Assembly: GCA_017610175.1 (NCBI GenBank)
Contig: JAFCCO010000011.1
Span: 1 to 46,281 of the forward strand
Direction of reading: 5' to 3'
DNA from: Candidatus Iainarchaeum sp.
GTDB taxonomy: Archaea > Iainarchaeota > Iainarchaeia > Iainarchaeales > GCA-2688035
Length of the DNA stretch: 46,281 bases
Below are positions 19,513-27,263 of the stretch, piece by piece. The notes beneath the pieces were generated by a model that saw only the letters and a list, made by a program, of their open reading frames with translations, was not told the DNA's origin and ran no database searches. The position numbers were made by a program, and so were the translations under genes. Position 1 is the first letter of the stretch; the number at the start of each line of letters is the position of its first letter.

Positions 19513-20574
19513 GTGGCTGATTGCATGCTTTTTTTCTATGCAAGTGTTTTTCTGGTTTCCCTGCTTGGGGCACTTTCGTCCTACACAGACATAAGGTTTG
19601 GAAAAATTCGCAATATATTTGTTTTTCCCGCAATCATTGCGGGAATTGTGATTGCAGTTCTTTCAGGCGCAAACCCTGTTGCCTTTTTTGCAAATGCATT
19701 TCTTGCCTTTGCGTTCGGCTTTGTGCTTTACCTTGCCCGCCTGTGGAGTGCAGGGGACAGCAAGCTCTTTCTTGCGTTTGCAATTCTTTTCCCGTTCAAC
19801 TTATACTCGCAGGGATTTGCCCTCTTTCCCGCATTCTCAATCCTGCTCAATTCATTCATTCCGGCATTTGTGGTCCTGTTCATTGCGTCAATTGTGAAAA
19901 CAAGTTCCAAGGAAAAGTTTGCGGCACTTGAAAAGGCCCTTGACCCAAAGTCACTGGCGTCAATTGCGATAATTCTCTTTGCGTTCTACTGGCTTGTAAA
20001 CATGCTTTTTTCAGCTCTTGCAATCCCCGCAGATTTCTTTCTTGTGGTGATTATTTTGTTCCTGTTCATTTCAATTCTTGAAAAGGCGTTTCCCAAAAGA
20101 ATAGTGCTTGTTTCGGCAATACTGTCAGGCCTATTGGGTGCATTGAACCTAAACGAGCTTTTGCAGCCCGATTTCTGGCTCATATTCGCTTTTATTTTCA
20201 TTTCGATGATTTTCCTGCGTTTTTTCATACTCTACCTTGGCTTTTTTGCCTTTGGGCAAAGGGTTGAGGTCAAGGACTTAAAGTCTGGAATGGTGCTTTT
20301 GGAGGGGGTTTATGAGAAAAACGGCTTTTTTGAGAAAAAAAAGCTTTTCTTCCCCTCAATTGTGAATGCGCTTCAGGACATTAAAACAAAGTATGTTTTT
20401 AACCTTTCTTCAAAGGGGCTGAGTGAGGAAGATGTTGAACTGCTTCGCAGTAAAAACAAGGCAAGAATGTTGAGTTTCCACTCCCTTCTTGTTCAGGAAA
20501 CAATTCCCTTTGCCCCGCTTTTGTTTGTGGGAACTTTGCTTACTTTTGCCTGCTCCATTATTCCCTGGTGCTGA
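19513..20574 (+). CDS. A24-family prepilin/preflagellin-type aspartyl peptidase (GxGD type)
   Basis: Polytopic membrane protein with both catalytic Asp motifs, SYTDIRFGKIRN and WSAGDSKLF, and a C-terminal ETIPFAPLLFVG typical of FlaK/PibD-like enzymes. The start may be the ATG at 19525. Confidence 0.85.
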   Translation: MADCMLFFYASVFLVSLLGALSSYTDIRFGKIRNIFVFPAIIAGIVIAVLSGANPVAFFANAFLAFAFGFVLYLARLWSAGDSKLFLAFAILFPFNLYSQGFALFPAFSILLNSFIPAFVVLFIASIVKTSSKEKFAALEKALDPKSLASIAIILFAFYWLVNMLFSALAIPADFFLVVIILFLFISILEKAFPKRIVLVSAILSGLLGALNLNELLQPDFWLIFAFIFISMIFLRFFILYLGFFAFGQRVEVKDLKSGMVLLEGVYEKNGFFEKKKLFFPSIVNALQDIKTKYVFNLSSKGLSEEDVELLRSKNKARMLSFHSLLVQETIPFAPLLFVGTLLTFACSIIPWC

Positions 20575-20618
20575 GATTTGTTTAAATTGCTTTCACACCC
20601 TTAATTTTACGGTGCACA

Positions 20619-20939
20619 ATGGCTTTGGAAAACTTTGAAATAAACAAGACCGAGAATTACGCCCTTGTTTCGGTAAATCCGAAAATTTATTCCCTGGGGG
20701 TTGTTTTTGCAGCATCCTATGCTCTGCTTGAAAAGGCGTTTGTTGTAATAGATGGGGATCCCGCCGACCAAATAATTGTTTCAATAAGGCCAAAGAGTGG
20801 AAATGGAATTGAGGGGCTTGCAAACGAATTCAACGAACAGCTAATCAATTTTGCGGTAAACTTTGACCAAAGCGAGAAGACAAAGAACATTAGGGAAGAA
20901 TTCATAAAGCAGGCCTTTATGGGGCACTCGTGCGAGTAG
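20619..20939 (+). CDS. hxsD: His-Xaa-Ser system protein HxsD-like
   Basis: 106 aa with the pattern V+PKIYS..V..A.Y......EFNEQLINF......TKNIRE..IKQAF that resembles HxsD. It lies just upstream of an HxsB-like gene. Confidence 0.72.
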   Translation: MALENFEINKTENYALVSVNPKIYSLGVVFAASYALLEKAFVVIDGDPADQIIVSIRPKSGNGIEGLANEFNEQLINFAVNFDQSEKTKNIREEFIKQAFMGHSCE

Positions 20940-21188
20940 GTGTTTTGCATATACCAAATCAAGGCAGACCAAGGCAGCGGAAAGGCATTTCTTGACCTGA
21001 ACCCGTTTTTTTACCCTCCTGAAGCAATTGAAAAAACTGTGGAGGCATTCAAGGAACTGTGCAGCATCAAAACAATCAGGCAGGGGCAGAGGCTTGAGCT
21101 TGAACTTAGCGCGGTCAACAAAGCGGACTGCGAAACAATCGCGCTCAATTTTCTCAACTATGCGCTCTCTCTCAGGCGGGAGATGTAA
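20940..21188 (+). CDS. Second, shorter HxsD-like protein
   Basis: 82 aa, abutting both neighbours with no gap. LNPFFYPPEAI...IALNFLNYALSL parallels VNPKIYSLGVV...LANEFNEQLINF of the upstream protein. Confidence 0.6.
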   Translation: MFCIYQIKADQGSGKAFLDLNPFFYPPEAIEKTVEAFKELCSIKTIRQGQRLELELSAVNKADCETIALNFLNYALSLRREM

Positions 21189-22556
21189 ATGCAGTTTGCA
21201 AAATACTTTACTCACCGGGTTGGAAACCGGTTTGTGCTGATTACCGACACCGGAAACTGGGTTGATGTTTCAAAAAGCGAGCTTGAAAGGATCAAAGCAG
21301 GAAAGCCAGGCCCGGAGCTTGAAAAAAAGCTTGAGGAAAAGAGAATTGCAATAACCGACTCCAACAAGCGGGCAATGCAGGAGGATTACTCCAAAATGTA
21401 TTCGCATTTAACTCACGGGGTTTCGCTTCACATAGTCAATCCCTCAATGCGGTGCAACCACTCCTGCCCCTACTGCTATGCAGAAGCGCACCCTATGAAA
21501 AGCAAGGGCTTTGATTTGGATGAGAAGACCGCAAAGAAAATAATTGATTTCATCTGGGAAACCAAGAGAAAAAACTTTGTGATTGAGTTCCAGGGCGGAG
21601 AGCCGCTTGCAAACTTTGAAGTAATCCAGTTCATAATGGATTACGCAAAAAAGAAGGGCAAAAAGAACGTGCACTGGAGGATGGTAAGCAACCTTTCCTT
21701 AATGGATGAAACAATTGCATCATGGATGAAGAAAAACGGACTGCTTGACATCTGCACAAGCCTTGACGGACCCGCAAAGATTCACAACAAAAACAGGCCG
21801 CTTGAGGGCGGAAGCCATGCAAAGGTTGTGCACTGGATTGACTCGCTGAGAAAAGACTTTGGGTTTGAAAATATTGGAGTGCTCTGCACTGTAACAAAGC
21901 ACAGCCTTCCGTACGCGGATGAAATTGTGCAACAATACCTTGACCTTGGCCTGCACGACATTACCCCTGTTCCAATAAGAAAAATTGGGCGTGCGCGGGA
22001 AACCTGGAGCAGCATTGGCTACGAGCCAGGGGAATACATTCCGTTCTGGGAAGAAACTGTAAACAAATGCATTGAGAGCACAAAGCAGGGGACACCAATA
22101 ACCGAGCAGTTTGCGCTCATGGTTCTGCAGAAAGTTTACGGGCGAAGAACAGCTTTCCACACCTGTTTCAGCAAGCCGTGCGGAGCCGCTTTAATGCAGG
22201 CGTCCTACCAGCCGGACGGAAGCATTTACACCTGTGACGAGGGAAAGGCATGCGAACTGTTCAAGATAGGGGATGTTTCGCAGAAATACAGCGAAGTTTT
22301 CACTTCCCCGAATGCGCTGAACATGGTTTCATTAAGCTCCTCCCTTGGGCTGCTGTGCAACGAATGCAAGTGGACGGCATTCTGCTCATTTTGCCCTGTG
22401 ATGGCATATGCGTCGGAAGGAAGCCCTATTCCGGTTCTCTACAAAAATGCGGACTGTGTAATAAGAAAGGCACAGTTTGAATTCGTGTTCAAAGGAATTT
22501 TTTCAGGCAACAAACCCGTTTTTGAGCAATGGCTTGGTGCAAGCAAAGATTTATAA
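21189..22556 (+). CDS. hxsB: His-Xaa-Ser system radical SAM/SPASM maturase, HxsB-like
   Basis: SLHIVNPSMRCNHSCPYC (CxxxCxxC), IEFQGGEPL and SLDGP. SPASM Cys pattern PCGAA...DGSIYTCDEG...CxxCxxxxxCxxCP...C. The N-terminal beta-hairpin/helical extension could be a RiPP recognition element. Confidence 0.85.
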   Translation: MQFAKYFTHRVGNRFVLITDTGNWVDVSKSELERIKAGKPGPELEKKLEEKRIAITDSNKRAMQEDYSKMYSHLTHGVSLHIVNPSMRCNHSCPYCYAEAHPMKSKGFDLDEKTAKKIIDFIWETKRKNFVIEFQGGEPLANFEVIQFIMDYAKKKGKKNVHWRMVSNLSLMDETIASWMKKNGLLDICTSLDGPAKIHNKNRPLEGGSHAKVVHWIDSLRKDFGFENIGVLCTVTKHSLPYADEIVQQYLDLGLHDITPVPIRKIGRARETWSSIGYEPGEYIPFWEETVNKCIESTKQGTPITEQFALMVLQKVYGRRTAFHTCFSKPCGAALMQASYQPDGSIYTCDEGKACELFKIGDVSQKYSEVFTSPNALNMVSLSSSLGLLCNECKWTAFCSFCPVMAYASEGSPIPVLYKNADCVIRKAQFEFVFKGIFSGNKPVFEQWLGASKDL

Positions 22557-22583
22557 AACGCGAAACCGTTTATTATAACGGTT
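22545..22583 (+). promoter_or_regulatory. Putative dedicated promoter of the precursor peptide gene, with palindrome
   Basis: Purine-rich BRE-like AAAGA and TATA-like TTTATAAA (22550-22557), followed by a perfect inverted repeat AACCGTT-N6-AACGGTT (22564-22583) just before the ATG at 22587. Confidence 0.55.
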
Positions 22584-22586
22584 GAT

Positions 22587-22805
22587 ATGGTGGAAATTCC
22601 CGAAATCAGGAAAACAATCTCAAGCTATTTAACTGACGAAACTGGTCGAATTACAAAGCACTCCGTGCTCTCGCTTGGGGCAATCCTTGCAAGTGCGGCA
22701 ATTGTTTCCTCAAAGCTTAAAGAGGTTAGTGCCCAAACACTGCATAACCACTCCCATTTGAGCTATGTTCCCCACACAAGCCACAGCAGCCACGGCTCAT
22801 ATTAA
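22587..22805 (+). CDS. His-Xaa-Ser repeat precursor peptide (HxsA-like RiPP precursor)
   Basis: 72 aa. The C-terminus HNHSHLSYVPHTSHSSHGSY has four H-x-S triplets (three in tandem) and follows a hydrophobic segment. It lies directly downstream of the HxsB-like gene. Confidence 0.88.
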   Translation: MVEIPEIRKTISSYLTDETGRITKHSVLSLGAILASAAIVSSKLKEVSAQTLHNHSHLSYVPHTSHSSHGSY

Positions 22806-22837
22806 TTTTTATTAACTTCAAGCAACTCTATTTTTAC

Positions 22838-23845
22838 ATGGGCTTAGCCAAACCTTTTGAGGTTATAATCGAAACAAACGTTTCCTGCAATTATTCCTGC
22901 AGCTTCTGCTTTGCAAAGAATTTTGGGCAAAGGCCAAAACAGGCCTCTGACCGGGATTTGAGAAAGGTTCTTGACTGCATTGCTGCAGAGGGAATTAATC
23001 GGGTAAGATTTACCGGGGGCGAACCTCTTTTGAGGGCTGGCCTGCCCGAACTTGTGGAGCACGCAAAGGAACTTGGGCTCTTCACAAGCCTTAACACAAA
23101 CGCATCCCTTGTTTCAAACAAAATTATCAAACAGCTTGCGGGAAACCTGGATGACGTGCTTGTTTCAATGCACTGCCCGAATGCTGAGTTGGAGGAAAAG
23201 TTTTCAAGCAAGGGCTCTTTTGAAAAAAAAATCAATGCAATCCAGGGCCTGGCGGGCGAAGGGGTTTTTGTGAGGGCTGCAACAATTCTTTCGCCAGAAA
23301 ACATTGCAATATTTGATGAATTGAGGCAATTGGTGCAGAGCCAGCAGATTTCACAGTGGGTTCTTCTCAGGCCAATTCCAAACCCGCTTAACACTTCCCC
23401 AATTTCCCGCATTGAAATTGAGAATGCGGTTGAAAAAGTTGCGGAATTAAATGCCGGCCGAAAAAAAGCAGAATACACAATCATAGAGAATGCGCTTCCG
23501 TTCTGCTGCGGCTCGCCGTCCAAAGTTTCACAGAACGCGCTTGGCGGGTTAAGGGAGGACGGCCACAGCTCGCTCTTCATTGATTCCTCGCTTGCAATAA
23601 AGCCAAGTTACTTTTTGGACGTTTCCCTTGGAAATGCAATAGGCGATTCGATAATGGAGGCATGGAATTCGGATTTTATGGGGCGAATGCACTCGCTTGA
23701 ATTCATCGCAGAACCCTGCCACAAATGTCGCTTTGTCAAAAAATGTATGGGTGGAAGCAGGTTTTCAGCCCTTCTTTGCAACCACAGCCTCTACGCCCTT
23801 GACCCGCTTGCAAACCCGGAAAAACACGCTTCCGAATTGTTCTGA
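22838..23845 (+). CDS. Radical SAM protein with degenerate SPASM domain (PqqE/SkfB-like fold)
   Basis: CNYSCSFC, FTGGEPLLR, NTNASL and C-terminal CHKCRFVKKCMGGSR. Confidence 0.85.
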   Translation: MGLAKPFEVIIETNVSCNYSCSFCFAKNFGQRPKQASDRDLRKVLDCIAAEGINRVRFTGGEPLLRAGLPELVEHAKELGLFTSLNTNASLVSNKIIKQLAGNLDDVLVSMHCPNAELEEKFSSKGSFEKKINAIQGLAGEGVFVRAATILSPENIAIFDELRQLVQSQQISQWVLLRPIPNPLNTSPISRIEIENAVEKVAELNAGRKKAEYTIIENALPFCCGSPSKVSQNALGGLREDGHSSLFIDSSLAIKPSYFLDVSLGNAIGDSIMEAWNSDFMGRMHSLEFIAEPCHKCRFVKKCMGGSRFSALLCNHSLYALDPLANPEKHASELF

Positions 23846-23901
23846 ACTGCGAGCGAAAGCTATAAATACCGTGGCTGTTTATTATAAACTGGTTGATACT
23901 A

Positions 23902-25905
23902 ATGCCTCAGGAAAATGCAGCATCCGGCCCGCAAAGCGTTGATGAAATCCGCGAAATGGTTCAGCAGGCCGCAAAACAGGACAGCAACAAGAAAAAAGTG
24001 CTTATTGCTGTTGCAATTCTGCTGCTTATTGCATTTATTGCAATAGCATTTGTGATTTTCCAGCCAGCCCAACCAGTTCCACCGGCTCCGCATGAGCTGT
24101 GCGAAAACGGATTGCAGGATGCAGGGGAGGATGGAGTTGACTGCGGAGGCAATTGTGAACAGCCGTGTGTTCCTGACTTTATCCAGTACTTTGCTGTAAA
24201 GCCCGCATCGGTTACTGATGTGGCGGTGAATGAAGCTGCGGGCAGGATTTATGTTGTAGATGAGGCAAGGCATTATGTGATGATTTACGACCTTGAGCTC
24301 AATCACATCTTAAACATTGGGGAAATTGGAGACGAAGAAACTTACAAAAGCGGAAGCAAGGAAAAAGGGGCATTATTTATTCCGGCGGCAATAGCGCTTG
24401 ACTCGCAGGGAAACGTTCACATTCTGGACCGTGACAAAAGAGTCCAAAAGTTCTCAAGTGAGGGAGAATTCATTAGCGAAACAAGGTTTGAGGCCAACAT
24501 TCTTGAAACCTTCCCGAAAATGGAGGACGCCCCGCACATTGACGGGGCGGGAATTTCAATGGCGCTGGCAAACAACGGGAAATATTACATTTCGGACGAA
24601 TTAAGCAGCATTGTTGCAGTCTTTTCGTCAGACTTAAAGCTTGAGAAGGCAATTGGCGGAAGAGGTTCTGGAAACGAACAGCTTGTTTTCCCAGGGCAAA
24701 TAACACTGCAAGGGGACAAGGTGTATGTTGCGGATTCCGGAAACGGACGCGTTCAAATTTTTGATTTGGAACTCAATTACTTCCACTCACTTACGGGTCC
24801 GCTGAAAAGACCCTATGCACTTGATGTTGATAAGGCCGGAAACATTTACGTGCTTGATGCATGGGACAGCAAGCTAAGGGTTTTTGGGGAAAGCTATGCG
24901 CTTAAGGAAGAAACAGGCGGTCTTGGAATGGAAATTGAAATGTTCTACAATCCCTCAAGCATTAAGATTGCTTCAAGCGGAAAGATTTACATTGCGGAGC
25001 AGGGAACTGTGCGTGTTCAAATCCTTGGCGCTGATTTGAAGAACGTTAATACAATTGACGGGATATTTGGGGGAAGCGTTACAGGCTTTCCCGTATTTTA
25101 CGTTGCGGTTGCGCCTGACGGGCGAATTGCTGTAAGTGAGCCAACAAATAACAGGGTAAGCGTATTCAGTTCAACAGGCAGGCACATTAAAAGTATTGGA
25201 AAAATGGGATTTGGAAACGAAGAATTCAACATGCCAAAAGGCGTTGCATTTGACTCACAGAACAGACTGTTTGTAGGGGACTCCTGGAACCACAGAATAC
25301 AGGTTTTCTCCAAAGACCTTGAGTATGTTACGTCTATTACACACCCTGAACTGTACTGGCCTGTGGAGGTCGAGGTTGCAGATGACGGAAGAATTTACGT
25401 TGCAGAGGACACATCAAAGAAAGTTTTAATGTTTGACAAACTCGGGGAATTCATTGGGGAAATTTCCGCGTCAAACGGAATCACCCTGCCGCTTGGAATT
25501 CTTGCAGAGGGAGACAGGCTTTACATCACAGACGACCTTGAAAAAACAATTGAGGTCTTTGACAAGGACCTTGTTCCGATTGAAAGCATTGGTGGGATAG
25601 ATGAGGGTACCGGAGCCCATGTGGAATTTAATGAAAGCCTTGCGCTTGATTCGCAGGGAAGAATAATGTTTTGCGACAACCGAAACAGAGCAGTTGTTGT
25701 GTACGACTTTGGAACAAAGCAGTTCTCAACATTCGGAGACTTTGGGGCTTCGGCAGATGAATTAAGTGTGCTGGAAATTGACATCTCTGAGGACAAGAAA
25801 ACAATTGTGGTTTCAGACCTCTACAACAAGATGGTTGTTCTATTTGATGGGACAGGCAAGCAAATAGGCGAAATCACGGTTGAAAACATTCCAATCTATT
25901 CATAG
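23902..25905 (+). CDS. Membrane-anchored NHL-repeat beta-propeller protein
   Basis: N-terminal TM (VLIAVAILLLIAFIAIAFVIF), a small Cys module CENGLQDAGEDGVDCGGNC, and many NHL repeats (e.g. FNMPKGVAFDSQNRLFVGDSWNHRIQVF). ATG 23902 is preferred over TTG 23893. Confidence 0.85.
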   Translation: MPQENAASGPQSVDEIREMVQQAAKQDSNKKKVLIAVAILLLIAFIAIAFVIFQPAQPVPPAPHELCENGLQDAGEDGVDCGGNCEQPCVPDFIQYFAVKPASVTDVAVNEAAGRIYVVDEARHYVMIYDLELNHILNIGEIGDEETYKSGSKEKGALFIPAAIALDSQGNVHILDRDKRVQKFSSEGEFISETRFEANILETFPKMEDAPHIDGAGISMALANNGKYYISDELSSIVAVFSSDLKLEKAIGGRGSGNEQLVFPGQITLQGDKVYVADSGNGRVQIFDLELNYFHSLTGPLKRPYALDVDKAGNIYVLDAWDSKLRVFGESYALKEETGGLGMEIEMFYNPSSIKIASSGKIYIAEQGTVRVQILGADLKNVNTIDGIFGGSVTGFPVFYVAVAPDGRIAVSEPTNNRVSVFSSTGRHIKSIGKMGFGNEEFNMPKGVAFDSQNRLFVGDSWNHRIQVFSKDLEYVTSITHPELYWPVEVEVADDGRIYVAEDTSKKVLMFDKLGEFIGEISASNGITLPLGILAEGDRLYITDDLEKTIEVFDKDLVPIESIGGIDEGTGAHVEFNESLALDSQGRIMFCDNRNRAVVVYDFGTKQFSTFGDFGASADELSVLEIDISEDKKTIVVSDLYNKMVVLFDGTGKQIGEITVENIPIYS

Positions 25906-27197
25906 AGGAACTTTCTTGCAACCTCGTCGTGGAAAAACAGGCCGTTTGGCAAAAGCGCAAGCCCTGAATTGTCGCTTTTAACAAGCCCGATTGATTCAAG
26001 CTCTTCAATTTGCCTGCCAAACACCGCATCAAGTCCTTTTCCAAAACGCTGTTCAAATTTGGCCTTGTTGATTCCGGCGTTCTTCCTGTTCAAACCACTT
26101 TTCTTCAGGCCCAAAGCAACAAACCGCTTTTCGGCTTCCTCTCCTAAAAGCTTTTTTCCCTGCGATGCGGAAATTCCGTTTTCACCAACCGCTTTCAGGT
26201 ACTCTTCAGAGCCAAGGGCGTTGTTGAAATCGTACCCCGCAATAAAAGAGCAGGAGCTTGCTCCAAACCCAACAAATTCGCCACTGCTCCACTGGTTTTC
26301 AAGAAAATTCATTTCCCTTCCCTTCTTTACAAACTGGTAGGGGAACTGCTGCACAAATCCCGCTCCCTCAAAGGTTTCCGCAAAGGCGTAGTACATTTTT
26401 CTCATCTCGCTTATTGCGGGAAATTCACTCTTTGTTATGTAGAAGTTAGGGGTGTTTTTTTGGACACGCAGATCGGATGCCGTAACGCTTTCAAGCTCAA
26501 GTGCAAGAGTCTGCTCTATTGTCGCGTTCCATCCCTCGCTGCTTTGCCCTGGCAGGCCGTAAAGCAAATCCATGTTAATATTATCAAAGCCGGCAGCCCT
26601 TGCCGCACTTACCGCATCTTTCACCTGTTTAGGGGTGTGCGCACGGCCGGCTTTTTTGAGAACCTTTTCGTCAAAGGACTGTGCTCCGATGCTCAGCCTG
26701 TTAAACCCTCCGGTCCTCAGTGCGGAAAGCTTTGCTCTGTTCAGTGTTTCCGGGCTGCTTTCAATCGAAACCTCGGTCCCGTCCATGAATGGAAATTTTT
26801 CGCGCAGAAAAGCAAGCAATTCATTAAGCTCTCTTGCCTGCAGAAGTGTGGGGGTTCCGCCTCCAAAGAAAACGCTTTGAACCTCAACGTCCCCCTGGAT
26901 TAATGTTGAGTATGCTGCAATTTCCCCTTTGAGCGCAACAAGGTATTTTTCAATCCCGTCCCTTGAAAATTTTGATTCCTTGTAATAGTGGCAGAAGTTG
27001 CATTCCTTTGAGCAGAACGGAATGTGGAAATAGAATGCAAGGCTTTTTTTGCCCCAGCCTGCAATTGCTTCCCCCAATTCCCTTGAATCAAGGGAGGGCA
27101 TGTTTTTTGATTCAGGAAACCTGTACACAAAATCGTGCCCAAAAGGGTCCTTTTCAATGCCTTTTTCTTTCAAAAAAGCAAGGTCAAGCAGTTCCAT
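25896..27197 (-). CDS. HemN-like (coproporphyrinogen III oxidase family) radical SAM enzyme, function unassigned
   Basis: YFHIPFCSKECNFC, FFGGGTPT, NRLSIGAQSF, INMDLLYGLPGQ and VGFGASS. Confidence 0.85.
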   Translation of the reverse strand: MELLDLAFLKEKGIEKDPFGHDFVYRFPESKNMPSLDSRELGEAIAGWGKKSLAFYFHIPFCSKECNFCHYYKESKFSRDGIEKYLVALKGEIAAYSTLIQGDVEVQSVFFGGGTPTLLQARELNELLAFLREKFPFMDGTEVSIESSPETLNRAKLSALRTGGFNRLSIGAQSFDEKVLKKAGRAHTPKQVKDAVSAARAAGFDNINMDLLYGLPGQSSEGWNATIEQTLALELESVTASDLRVQKNTPNFYITKSEFPAISEMRKMYYAFAETFEGAGFVQQFPYQFVKKGREMNFLENQWSSGEFVGFGASSCSFIAGYDFNNALGSEEYLKAVGENGISASQGKKLLGEEAEKRFVALGLKKSGLNRKNAGINKAKFEQRFGKGLDAVFGRQIEELESIGLVKSDNSGLALLPNGLFFHDEVARKFLYE

Positions 27198-27263
27198 GCC
27201 ATTAATTCTGGTGCAAAAAGTGTTATAATTGTTTGATTCCCTTATAACTATAGGGGGAATTGG

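Noticed and set aside
22838-23845. Annotation as hxsC or pqqE
   Set aside because: I do not recognise HxsC-specific features, and there are no pqq genes. Only the generic radical SAM and partial SPASM motifs are supportable.
25896-27197. Annotation as hemN (heme biosynthesis) or hemW
   Set aside because: The diagnostic motifs of both are missing and there are no tetrapyrrole genes nearby.
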